64,000 nt of DNA from Octopus sinensis (taxonomy: Eukaryota). This document shows, piece after piece, positions 13,300 through 25,435 of the stretch. Position numbers and translations under genes: made by a program. The stretch covers positions 17,856,001 through 17,920,000 of the forward strand of contig NC_043013.1 in NCBI RefSeq assembly GCF_006345805.1, written 5' to 3'. Below the pieces are notes generated by a model, which saw nothing but the letters and a program-made list of their open reading frames with translations, did no database searches and was not told the origin of the DNA. The stretch's first letter is position 1. Every line of letters starts with the position of its first letter.

Positions 13300-14330
13300 C
13301 CTGGTATTATCAACGATGTAGTCTTGTTCAATGCAGAAAAGGAGTATGTATAACCCTCAAATGCTGTACCCATTGTAAGCTTTTGATATTCAAGTGATGT
13401 AGTGGAATTGCAAGCAGACTAGAAGAAAACATATGCTTTTGTATGTGATAGATGTAATGGAGCAGTACATACTATGTGAACACTGGAAATAGATATTTTT
13501 AAATGCCCAAATGGCTCACTAGAATTAGTTAATAACCTACTGTAACCCAGGAGACAATTAGTAGGGTGGGGGTGACTGCTCTGAAAGTATAGCAAACAGG
13601 GTAAGAACTAGCTGGAAAAAGATCAGAGAACTACTACTGCTGCTGCTGCTGCTGTTGTTGTTGTTGTTGTTGTTAAGCAACAAGACGGGTAAGGGTGATT
13701 TGGTGATGGTCTAGGGCTTAGGGGCAGGAGACCCCAGACCTTGGAAAAAAAAAAAAACTTTGGTCGTCTTGTAGTCGAGGGCTCTTCGTTGACGCCCGAC
13801 ACCACTGGGAGGTGGCCCTCGAAGTCGCTGGAAATGGAGATCTCCAGGTCCAGATTCTTGAACGGCTACTACTGCAGCTGGAAACAAAAGTCTTTTCCCT
13901 CAGAGTGAAGGGCAGTTAGCATGATACTTGCATTACAACGGCAATGCTGTATGATATGACTGTTAAATGCAGAAGATTTGTGAAGACTAGAAAGAAATTA
14001 CACTAGCATGCTCTGATGACTGTGCAATGCTAGTATGTATGAATAGCAGAATATAAATGAGCTAAAAGGAAAACTGGTAATAAGAGGAATCAGGTGTAGT
14101 GTGCAAGACATGGGGTTGTGCTGGTACAGGCATATGGTGTGTAAGAAGTGTGAATGCTGTATACAAAAGTGAATACAAAAGTGCCAAGTTAGTGGAACCT
14201 GTGGAAGAGGGAAACTAAGAAAGAGTTAGAGTGAAGTGGTGAAAGCTAACTTGAAAATGTTACTTCTTACTAAAGGGGTTACAAAAGGGCCATACTGATG
14301 GAGTAATATGTAGAGCTACAAAAGACACAC
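13300..14330 (+). mobile_element. Old RTE LINE fragment interrupted by a 225-bp insertion
   Basis: Decayed RTE motifs (ESIANRVRTSWKK..RELLL; LCWYRHMV; TCGRGKLRK) with many stops. Confidence 0.7.
13641..13865 (-). mobile_element. Short GC-rich retroposed insertion with (AAC)n/(AGC)n tail
   Basis: Flanked by a 10-bp TSD CTACTACTGC (13631-13640 and 13866-13875) that splits the host RTE frame. Confidence 0.7.
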
Positions 14331-15124
14331 CAACCTATGGAAAATTCATGCTAACCCAAAGGTAGGGGTTAATAAACTGTAACACACACACACACACACA
14401 CACAAACAATACAACACAACACACACATTCATACAACATACAACACACATACACACATATGTGTATATTGCTCTCTACCAAGCTCACCCTACTGCCACAT
14501 CACCTTCCATCTCTCCTCCAGTATTACTTCTTTGCCACCCATCACCTCCTCTTACCCTCCATTACATTTACAAACTGATAGTAATATGCAGTGTCTTAGC
14601 TGCAACAAATAACTTAGGTTTCATACTGGGCAGAAGATACTTGGCTTTTCTTTGATTGAGCTGTCATAGTCATACCCTGCAATCATCAGGGTTTGTCTAC
14701 AAAATGCTTACAGGTAAAGCAAGATATTTTGGGGAAAAATTTTGTTTGAGAGTGAATGATTATTTTTCCTGGAAGTGGCAGTAATTCAGGAAGTTAAAAT
14801 ATAACTTGCACACTAAATTTGTGAACCAAACGTGTTCTATACACATGCACAACACATATACCCTTATATATATATATATATATATGCATAAGTGAGTCAA
14901 CCATGAAACTTGTTATACACCCGTGTCCCAGTGACACTTATAATGACTTCATCACTACTGAAAGGTCACCCAACATATTCAAAATCTTTGCTACTTTGAC
15001 AATAAAAACTGAAAGCCGAACAAAGAAAGGTGTGGTGAGAAAAATATATTGCTTATTGTTAGAAATATACTTCAAATGTTTAGCATAGACACAAACGTAC
15101 ATGCATACATACATATGCATATAT

Positions 15125-15171
<47 letters not shown>

Positions 15172-15185
15172 AAATATATAATATA

Positions 15186-15273
<88 letters not shown>

Positions 15274-15282
15274 CACATATAT

Positions 15283-15915
15283 ATCATCATCATCATCATT
15301 TAGCGTCCGCTTTCCATGCTAGCATGGGTTGGACGGTTCAACTGAGGTCTGGGAAGCCAGAAGGCTACATCAGGCCCAGTCTGATCTGGCAGTGTTTCTA
15401 TGGCTGGATGCCCTTCCTAACACCAACTACTCCGTGAGTGTAGTGGATGCTTTTTACGTGCCACCCGCACAGGTGCCAGATGGGGCTGCCAAACGGCCAC
15501 GGACGGATCGAGTGCCAGACGGGGCTGGCAAACGGCCATGGACGGATGGTGCTTTTTATGTGCCACCGGCACGGGGGCCAGGCAAGGCTGGCAACAGCCA
15601 CGATCGGAAGGTGCTTTTTATGTGCCACCGGAACGGGGGCCAGGCGAGGCTGGCAACAGCCACGAACGGATGGTGCTTTTTACGTGCCACCGGAACGGGG
15701 GCCAGGCGAGGCTGGCAACAGCCACGAACAGATGGTGCTTTTTACGTGCCACCGCCACGGAGGCCAGTCGGGGCGGCGCTGGCAACGGTCACAATCGGAT
15801 GGTTCGCTTACTTGTCACCGGCACTGGTATCACAGCTGCAATTTCCATTGATGTTGATCGACTTCGATTTTGTTCTGCTTTCTGATATCTGATTTGATTT
15901 GATTTGATTTTCACT
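15283..15915 (-). mobile_element. RTE-associated 3'UTR element with internal tandem units of about 60 bp
   Basis: Same CTGGATGCCCTTCCTAAC and GTCCGCTTTCCATGCTAGCATGGGTTGGACG terminus as at 990. Other copies lie at 44000-44315, 44385-44610, 48270-48830 (+), 52525-52935 and 58485-58965. Confidence 0.85.
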
Positions 15916-15941
15916 TATATATATATTATATATATATATAT

Positions 15942-15974
<33 letters not shown>

Positions 15975-16040
15975 ATATAATATAATATATATATATATAT
16001 TATATATAATATAATATATATATATATATATATATCTGTG

Positions 16041-16183
<143 letters not shown>

Positions 16184-16457
16184 CATACATACATACATAC
16201 ATACATACATTATATATAATAATATATATATATATATATATATAATAATAATAAAATATTAGGGATAATCCAAACTTACAGGGAAAAATCAGATTTAGGA
16301 TTGAATCCAATTTTATAGTAAAAATATTATATTTATTAAATTAGAGATAAACCACTATTAGGCAAATCATACAATGAAAAACTTAAGCCAATACATAAGA
16401 TTATTTAATTATATTATTTAAATATATAACAAAATTATTAAAAAATATAATTAATAT

Positions 16458-16527
16458 AACACTATGATCGTTTCATGGCTGTTAATTTCTTTAAAATTTG
16501 CGAGTTACAGTCATTCATCAGGTGGTT
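16458..16527 (-). ncRNA. Type I hammerhead motif, inverted copy, probably impaired
   Basis: The minus strand reads CCAC-CTGATGA-ATGACTGT...ACAGCCAT-GAAA-CGATCA-TA-GTGTT. A G>A change breaks the stem III pair. Confidence 0.7.
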
Positions 16528-16572
16528 TAAATATTAACTAAATTGGCGAGGTTTAATAATGATTAAATATTA

Positions 16573-16640
16573 AACACCTGATGAATGACTGTAACTCGAA
16601 AATTTAAAGAAATTAACAGCCATGAAACGATCGTAGTGTT
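16573..16640 (+). ncRNA. Type I hammerhead ribozyme motif, intact core
   Basis: Stem I AACAC/GTGTT; CTGATGA at 16578-16584; stem II ATGACTGT...ACAGCCAT; GAAA at 16624-16627; palindromic stem III CGATCG; GUA cleavage triplet at 16633-16635. Confidence 0.8.
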
Positions 16641-16806
16641 ATATTAATTATATTTTTTAAATAATTTGTTATATATTTAAATAATATAAATTAAATAATC
16701 TTATGTATTGGCTTAAGTTTTTCATTGTATGATTTGCCTAATAGTGGTTTTATCTCTAATTTAATATAATATATATATATATAATATATATATATTATAT
16801 ATATAC

Positions 16807-16920
<114 letters not shown>

Positions 16921-16943
16921 GACAACATATATATGTTATGCAT

Positions 16944-16977
<34 letters not shown>

Positions 16978-17269
16978 TGGATAAAAAGTATCTTTTCTAG
17001 GATCGTTTCTCTAAGAGCGAGTGGCAATCCCTAACAAAAGAAGTTTTTGTTCAAATATAACAAAGATACACACACACACACACACACACATACACCACAC
17101 ATGCATACACACATACACACACACATGTAAATGTATAAACACTGAGTTGTAGGACAAATCCTGGATCGTTTCAAAGAGAGAAAAATGAAAGAAAAAATAA
17201 AAAAGGTTAAAATATAGGAAAAGAAGTAGAAGTAAATAATACTTGTGATATCAAACCCATGTGATTACA

Positions 17270-17302
<33 letters not shown>

Positions 17303-17412
17303 GTGTGTGTGTTTGTATGTGTATATCTGTCTTAACTGTAGGTGTTTATGTTTGTGTGTCTATGTGTCTATGTTTGTGCCTAAGTCTGTGTATAAGGAGA
17401 TGATGAAACACA

Positions 17413-17805
17413 TCTCTCTATATATAAAGCTGAAGTTGTCTGTGTATGGCAGGTTTGGTAGCCTTCAACTAACACTATCTTCTCCGAGACCCTCCGGCGC
17501 AAGTTGACCAAAATTGAGAGTATGATAGAAGAAGTCTTGCTCTTCATTCCGTAGAAGAAAAAATTCAAATCAGACCATGTTAACACCAAAAATTATTTAC
17601 ATAAAAAAGGTGCTTTTTTTCTATGAAAATACCTATTTTTTTACAATTTTGTGACTGCTGTGTCACCATTTTTCGGTGTATTTCAACCAGAAAAATGTTC
17701 ACTTAAAGAGAATAAAAAGCTACATAATGCAAAATTTTTACTTTTCAAAAATTCCAATTCTAAAGGGTCGAAACGAACCCGAGCAATGCCAGGCAATACT
17801 GCTAG
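17413..17805 (+). mobile_element. Non-autonomous Helitron-like element
   Basis: A|TCTCTCTATATATAAAG 5' end, subterminal GC-rich hairpin remnant CCCGAGCAATGCCAGG, CTAG|T 3' end, no TSD. Confidence 0.75.
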
Positions 17806-19116
17806 TTGTTTTTAAAATTTCAAGTTTAAGCTGGAGTAAATTTAAATGAAAAATGAATATATCAACTATTTAAAAGAAAGTAACAATAGTAACAACAACA
17901 AACACAACATCAGTAACAACAGCAATAAGTACAATAACAAAATGGTTGAGGGCAGCAAAAAGTAAAAAAAATTTCAATTTCAAACAAATATGGAATAAAA
18001 AATAACAGTGGTGGTGGTTGTGGTAAGGAGGAGGAGAAAGTGGTGATGACGATTGCAGTTGCCATGGTCAAGGAGGTGATGGCAGCGTTGGTAACAGTAG
18101 TTGTAGTAATGGATACTAAAATGGTGATGATACTAGTAGTGGCTAGGGTAGTAGCAGTGGTGGTGGTGGTGGTTGTGGATGATGCAATGTGGTTCGAGGA
18201 TCAGGTTCAAAGAAGGAGCAGACACAATAGATAATGGCTATAAATAAATTAGTCAAGTGACGTTTTTGAGTGTTGCCGGAAATTCCACACCTTGTGAGTT
18301 TGAAGTGTCCATGTGAAGATCACCACTTCTATAGGGGACCATTTGTGGAGGTGGACATATAAGGAATGTCCAATATTAAATATAAGGAATGTCAATATTG
18401 CAGAAGATATTAGGACAATGACTGGGTGTTGGTATCGCTGTGATGTCAAGAAGTTTGCTACGCAATCTTATTGTCCAGGATATGGATTTAATCCCAGTGT
18501 CCAGCACTTTAGTCAAGTGTTTTTTCATTATAATTTTCAATAAATTGAGGCTCTGTTACATAAATTGAATAGCAGTTGTTGTTGTTGTTGTTGTTGCTGT
18601 TTAATCCCTTCCTCAGTTTGCTCTGATTGAGTAGATCTACGATCAAAAGATCTTCCATCCTTAACCATTCCCATCTTTTCTGTGTGTCTAGGACTATATT
18701 GTTCAACATGTACTTACTCTTCTTTAAGATGGTAATTTGTGATTTGAGGGACATTTGGAAGCAGCTTCTCACAGGTTAACCAATACATGGAAAATCTAGC
18801 ATTGATTAAAGACAAATTTGGTTGAATGGAAACTGTAAGGAAGTCCATTATGAAAAGTTGTACTTAATGAATCATGGATTCTTCTACCTTTACAATAGAA
18901 ATATTGGAGACACTAAATAGGATCCTCAGTATCACTATTCCTTATCTAATTAAGCCCCAATCCCCATCTTACTAAAATGAGACCCTCAGAGTGAAACACT
19001 AAAACAAATAAATGTAAAAAATAATACACAAATAAAAGCTAAAACAACTACAAAATATTTCGTTTTGGGATTTGGTTTGCAAGATTCTTTATATGAGTTC
19101 ATGTGTTGAAGCATAT

Positions 19117-19294
19117 TCTATTGTGTCTGGGGAGAGTAATTTTTTTTGTGCCTTATTATGTAATGCCCTCACTGGTAAAATTTCCACGTTTTTCTTATTT
19201 TAGGACAATAAAAATAAGAAAAATGTGGAAATTTTACTGGTGAGTGTGTTACATTATAAGGCACAAAAAGAAATGACTTTCCTCAGACACAATA
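19117..19294. repeat. Imperfect palindrome, arms about 85 bp
   Basis: TATTGTGTCTGGGGAGAGT..GTGCCTTA..AAAATTTCCACGTTTTTCTTATTTT pairs with AAAATAAGAAAAATGTGGAAATTTT..TAAGGCAC..ACTTTCCTCAGACACAATA. Confidence 0.85.
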
Positions 19295-19689
19295 CAACTA
19301 CAAAATGTTAATTTGTATTTAAAAAATTGTACAAATTGTGAGTTCAATGGAATGGTAAAAATAGTTGTAGAATATGAGTGTGTGATGAAGAAATTTACTT
19401 CACAATCCAGAAGAAACGTCACAAAGTAGTTTGTCTGATGCGTTGAAGATTCTGCCTATTCACTGCCTTACTGATAATTGTTTCAAATTTTGGCAAAAAA
19501 CCAGCAACTGAGGAGGTAATAGTTGATCACATCGAACCCAGTACTTGAGTGATACTTTATTTTATCAACCCTAGAAAGATGAAAGGTAAAGTTAACTTCA
19601 GCAGGGTTTGAACTCAGAAAATGAAGAGACAGAAGATATGCCAATAATTATTTTGTCTGACATGCTAATGGTTCTGTCAGCTTGTCACC

Positions 19690-19754
<65 letters not shown>

Positions 19755-19769
19755 TAATAATAATAATAA

Positions 19770-21500
19770 TTTATTCTTTTTATTGGCCACAAGGGCTGAC
19801 ATACATGATTACATAAAGGGACAAAACAAGACGAATGGTTACAAAGGGTTTTGTCCGTTTTTGAAAAATCCGAGTAAAAACTTTATAACAATTAAAAAAT
19901 TAACAATGAAAAACTCCCAAATGGGGGAGGCGTTATGAAAGGTTCCTGGTTGAAAAAACCCTATAAAAACCAACGGGAGCCTGGTCAAAAAAGGGGTGTA
20001 GAGAGTCCCTTTTTTCTCCTTTTATATTACCTTTTTGAAATCACAGGCGAAACCTGAGAACTGGTCCATTTATACTGGCCAGTCTCGCACAATTCACCCA
20101 CCTTTCAGTAAACTTGCTATCGGACAGCACTTTCCTCTCTAACCTCATCTTCCTTTTCAAGTGAAACTTGAAAAAGTTGATGAGGCCTTGACCAAAGAGA
20201 AAGTGTCTGACTTTAGCCCTTTCAAACGAGTCCACCACACAACTTCTTTCGCCACAGCCACTAGGCACAAGAAAACGGCCTCGCCCGCCTTGTTAAAGGA
20301 GGTCGGCGGGGCAATCTTCACTATGGATTCGGCCGATAGTTGGATCCGTCCTACACGTGACAGTAGCTGTTCGACATAAACCCATATTTCAGCAATACTC
20401 GGGCACTGGACGAGTGCGTGCAGAACGGTTTCGTCGTCCTGGCAACACCTCGGGCAGGCCCGGCTGACGGCACTTCCATGCCAGTAGAGTTTATCTCGAA
20501 CAGGCAGAGCCCCTCGGTAGCACTGCCAGGCGAGCGACCTCTGGAAATTATCCATCGGCCCCGGCCCGAAAGTCCTCCCGAACAGACCGCTCAGTTCGTC
20601 ATCTTCAACGCCTAGAGTTTCCCCGAGAACGTCATCGCATTTTTCCTCCACTAACACTCTATAGAACGCTAGAGTGGAGCTGTAACCGATCGCATTGCCC
20701 ACCTGGCGGAGGGCAGAGGGAGCTTGACGGCACTCGAGGTGCCAAGCACCCTTTCTCGGTCTACGTTTGATCCAGGTCTGCAGCTCTGTCAAAGAGATGA
20801 GCTGCGGAAAATCGTGTCTGACAAAAGACGACCACACCTGTTCACTGTCTAGGAAGCGCTTGAGATGCCGCAGCCTGAGCGCATGTCTGTGCATCAGCAA
20901 CCACGGCATTCCAAGGCCTCCGTTCAGCGGTCGTTGACAGGAGATGGATCGCCTGACCAGTGGCACCTGACTCTTCCACAAAAAGTCGAAGAGCAGGCAT
21001 ACCAGCTTGGCCAACCAGCGGTCGGGACAAGGGACGACCGTCAAGCGGTAATAGATGACGGATGCGATGTACGCATTCGCCACCTCCGCTCGACCTTTCA
21101 GGGACAGCTTCCTCTCGGCCCATTTCTGGGTGAGACGTGCCACCCTGCTCGTCACCTCTTCCCAGTTTTATCCACCTGGAGGTCCGGACCGAACCAGACC
21201 CCGAGCAGTTTAATGGGTCCAGCGCCCTATGACGCTGTTGGACGGCATGGGCTTGCCTCTCCAGGTGCCCAGTTGCAAGCCCACAGACTTTTCCGCGTTA
21301 ATCTTTGCCCCTGTCACCGCTTCGTACTGGTTTAGTGTCTTGCCAATCAGGCCAATGTGCCTGTGGCTCGACACCATCACGGTGACGTCGTTGGCATAGG
21401 CAGACACGCTGTTTCTGCCTCCTAGATCACGCGGGATACCCCTCAAAGCCTCCAACTTGCGCAGTAATGGCTCGAGAGTCAATATGTACAAGAGGGAGGA
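19770..21500 (-). mobile_element. Tx1/L1-clade LINE, 5'-truncated ORF2 (RT end plus C-terminal zinc knuckle)
   Basis: ORFs 21210-21491 (LEPLLRKL, SAYANDVTV, TGAKINAEKS) and 20157-21155 (RKLSLKGR, GGLGMP, CPRCCQDDETVLHALVQC), with an (AAT)n tail. A second fragment of the same 3' region abuts at 21500-21709, and another lies at 40862-41110 (+). Confidence 0.9.
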
Positions 21501-21711
21501 GAGAGGGAGCCCTTTTCTCCTTTTATATTACCTTTTTTTTTTTTACAGGTGTAATCTCAGAATTGGTCCGTTCATACTGGCCATTTTCCTGACATTCACC
21601 CACCTTTCAATAAATTTGCTACGACACAGCACTTCCCGCTCTACTCTCATCTTCCTTTTCAAGTGGAACTTGAAAAAGTTGATGAGGCCTTGGCCAAAGA
21701 GGAAAGTGTTT

Positions 21712-23140
21712 ATTACCTCTACACCATATCAGACAGTAAACTGTTTAATCTGTCAAAGCTGAAAGCAAAATCAAGGGTGTGTCAGGTACTCGTCAGAGAA
21801 ATGCTGTTTGCAGACAAAGCAGCCCTGACAGCAGACTCTGAAGAGCAAATGCAGCACCTCATGGGTAAACTTTCAAAAGCCTGTCAGTCTGAAGAAGACC
21901 CAAATGTAGGGTCAAGGTGTCAAGCACCTCACCACCATCAACAACTACAAGCTGGAGGTGGTCCATAAATTCACTTATCTTGGCTCTACCATCACTGATG
22001 ACCTCTCCCTGGACCCTGAGATCAACAGGCAATTCAGACAAGCATCCTCCACACTTGCCAGGCTCACAAAGAGAGTCTGGGAAAACAAAAAAAACTGGCT
22101 GTAAGCACTAAGATTACTGTCTATGAGGCCCCTGTCCTTAGTATGCTACTTTACAGCAGTGAGACGTGGAGTCTCTGCTGCAGACAGGAGCAGATTCTCA
22201 ACATCTTTCACCTTCATAGTTTGAGATGCATTTTGGATTTCAAGTGGACTGACCACATCACCAACACCGAAGTCCTCAACTGAGCCAAGATACCTAGCAG
22301 GTTCACCCTGCTCCAGCAGTTTTGTTTGCACTGGCTTGTTCATGTACACCACATGCTGGAGAGAAGGATCCCAAAGGACCTCCTGTAGGGGGAATTGGCC
22401 ACCAGCACAAAGATGACCTCATCTTTGTTTCAAGGACATCTGTAAGAGGGATATGAAGTTGTTTGATCTGGACGTCCTGAGATGGGAGGAGGCTGCAAAT
22501 GATCCCCCACACTGGAGACAAATACTGCGAAAAGGGATGAAGTGAGTGGATGAAAAACAGGGTCTCACCACCAAAGAAAGGTGCACTTGACAGAAGGAAG
22601 AACCAGTAGCACCTGCAAAGAACTCCTTCAAATGCAATATATTTCTTTACTACCCACAAGGGGCTAAACAAGGACAGACAAAGAGATTAAGTCGATTACA
22701 TCAACCCCAGTGTGAAACTGGTACTTTATTTATCAACCCCAAAAGGACGAAAGGCGAAGTCGACCTCGGCGGAATTTGAACTCAGAACGTAACAACAGAT
22801 GAAATACCTATTTCTTTATTACCCACAAGGAGCTAAACATAGAGGGGACAAACAAGGACAGACATAGGTATTAAGTCGATTACATCGATCCCAGTGCGTA
22901 ACTGGTACTTATTTAATCGACCCCGAAAGGATGTAAGGCAAAGTCAACCTCGGCGGAATTTGAACTTACAACATAACGACAGACGAAATACGGCTACGAA
23001 ATACCATTAAGCATTTCGCCCAGCATGCTAACGTTTCTGCCAGCTCACCGCCTTTTGCAATAGCTGTATGCAAGACTGCTGCTCCCATGTGGGCCTCTGC
23101 AGCCACAACAGATGCTGCATCACCATCAGCAGCTGACTCA
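21712..23140 (+). mobile_element. RTE (BovB-like) LINE fragment interrupted by a SINE pair
   Basis: SDSKLFNLSKLKAKSRV..VREMLFADKAAL; FTYLGSTI; LLYSSETW. The SINE pair is flanked by TSD TGCAATA. Confidence 0.85.
22641..23054 (-). mobile_element. SINE family A inserted inside another SINE family A
   Basis: The inner copy is bounded by GAAATACC duplicates at 22801-22808 and 22998-23005. Confidence 0.85.
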
Positions 23141-23821
23141 ACTTATTCGGGCGCAGTCTCATTTGATTAACTGTTTGGTATTAAATATGTTTTGCTGATT
23201 TAAGTAGAGATTTCCTGACACAAAGTCTGGTGATGGAGACAATGTTAATGATGGTACTGATGGTTATGATAGTGGGGATGGTGGTGGTTGCAGATGGTGA
23301 AGTTGATGATGATGGTAGTCCTGGCCAATAATGGTAATGATGGTGCTGTCACCACCACTGATTTTGATGATGACGAGACAAGAATGAGGAGAAGAGAGGA
23401 GGGGAGGGGGAGAGTTGGAGGAAAGGAGAGCAAACAATACAATGAACTTTTTATTTCTTTCACAATTGTTGTCATTCTAAAAAAATGCATATCCTTTGTA
23501 TATTCCAGACAAACCAACAGACGTGTGTGTGTGTGCATGTGTGTGTTTGTGAGAGAGAGAGAGACAGCGAGAGAGAGAGAGTTTTGCTAAAATATAAATT
23601 GTTTATGACAACAACGTAAATATAATTCTTAGAACAAAATCATGTGATCAGAAAGTAGAGGCAAAAACATGTGATAAACATCCGTTGTGGAATAGTTTAG
23701 ATGTTTGTTATGGAAAACAGGGGAAACCCACCAGACAAAGTTATTTATATAAATAGTTATATATATATATATATATATATACGCATGTATATATGTATAT
23801 ATACATACATACATACATATA

Positions 23822-23997
<176 letters not shown>

Positions 23998-24402
23998 CAT
24001 ATACATATATATACATACATACACACACACACATATATGAATATGTATGCATATGTGTTTGTGTGCGTTTGTGCCTCTTTGTTTTTCCATTGCGCAATAG
24101 TTGTAAGTGTCACCACTTCAATTCCCAAATTCTGTGAAAACATGTCTAGCCTTGGGGAAATATTACTTTGCTTGGAAGGGGCGAGGATCAATAATTTGTA
24201 TTTCTCTCACCATTTTTTCCCTCTCAATCCTTTTTGTCAAAGAGTGTAGGCTCTAAACATCAAAGACTTTTCCATTCTTCCTGAGTGCCAAACTAATTCA
24301 CCTGTTTGTCATTCCCTCATCGGTCTTCGTCTTTTGTTTTCTGTAAATTTGAACTACACACACATACACATACACGCACACATACACGCACACACACACA
24401 CA

Positions 24403-24774
24403 TCTATATATATAAACAGCAAAATGTCTGTCTGTCTGTCTGTGTGTGTGTCCTTTATACAAATCCACAATTTTTCAGTTAGAGGGCTCGCACTTTCTAT
24501 GGTCATTCAAAACCGTCCAAGGGTGATCGTGCACATCTTTACAGTTCCCCAGTCACCCTGCAAAGCCATTAAAAAATCAATAGAAGTGACTTTTTTGTGA
24601 ATTTTCTATCCAAAACCCAATCAAAATGCCGAAACTTGATACCCCAATTGAATGCCAGCTAGCTGTATGTGATTGGTCTGAGATTTGACAGTACTCGTGT
24701 GTATGTGCGCACGCATGCAGCTGTATATGCATGCACTAGCACTATGACCCGGCAACGCCGGGTCATAGTATTAG
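24403..24774 (+). mobile_element. Non-autonomous Helitron-like element
   Basis: A|TCTATATATATAAAC start, (GTCT)n near the 5' end, perfect hairpin ACTATGACCCGGC-AAC-GCCGGGTCATAGT, and a TTAG|T end. Confidence 0.8.
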
Positions 24775-24788
24775 TATATATATATATA

Positions 24789-25226
24789 ACAATTTAATAT
24801 GTTATTAATGAGCAACGTTTTACTAAGAAGAATAATTGTCACTAAATATCAGTAAGGTGTTAAAACACATTATTAGAAATAAGAGCTAAAGCGCTCTAAT
24901 GCTGTAGTTAACGCACATAATTGTATATATATATATATATATGCACTGACAGAGACTGTAATCACCCAAAAGCACTGATCAAGAATTCCCTATACTGATC
25001 AGCCAGTTTCAGCTAATTCCATAGCCTCATCACTCAGGACCACTTTCTGGACTTGCTTCTCTGCCAGATTCAGCAAATCGCTAATGTGTGTACAATAATT
25101 TAATATGAACAGCTGTATGCAATGTTTTACCAAAAAGGAAAACTATAATTGTCCCTAAATATGACCAGGGTGTTGGAACACCTACATTGCTAGAAATAAG
25201 AGCTAAAAACCTCTAATGCTGTAGTT
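24789..25226. repeat. Diverged direct repeats (24789-24910 and 25092-25226) flanking a decayed minus-strand hammerhead-like motif
   Basis: Both repeats carry ATAATTGTC(A/C)CTAAATAT..TAGAAATAAGAGCTAAA..CTCTAATGCTGTAGTT. The minus strand near 24995-25040 reads GTGATGA-GGCT-ATGGAATT-AGCT-GAAAC. Confidence 0.65.
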
Positions 25227-25435
25227 CATTGCTTCCCAAAGTGGGTGATATTGCTCATCAATACTTCACCCGGTTATCAAAGAGGTTTTGTCAACTGTTA
25301 TGTATGAAAAACCTGATAATATTATGAAGAAGATCCCACTAAGTAACAACACAATTTCTCGATGCCTCAATGAAATGGCCAATGATGTCAAACATCAGTT
25401 CATCAATAATCTCCAGCGTTCTGAATTTTCTATAT
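25227..25435 (+). mobile_element. hAT (Charlie/Buster-type) transposon fragment
   Basis: TIR-like CATTGCTTCCCAAAGTGGG, then ILHPVIKEVLSTVMYEKPDNIMKKIPLSNNTISRCLNEMANDV (LSNNT motif). Confidence 0.75.

Larger units (their letters stand above)
16325..16770. mobile_element. Inverted pair of Penelope-like terminal repeats (arms about 210 bp), each with a hammerhead motif
   Basis: 16325-16540 is the reverse complement of 16562-16770 with few differences. The Penelope assignment is inferred from the hammerhead plus inverted-repeat architecture. Confidence 0.7.

Noticed and set aside
15430-15830. Repeat-spacer appearance suggesting a CRISPR array (also 26.7-28.3 kb and 38.8-39.2 kb)
   Set aside because: The spacers are homologous to each other, the units belong to a LINE 3'UTR or minisatellite, the DNA is eukaryotic and no cas genes are present.
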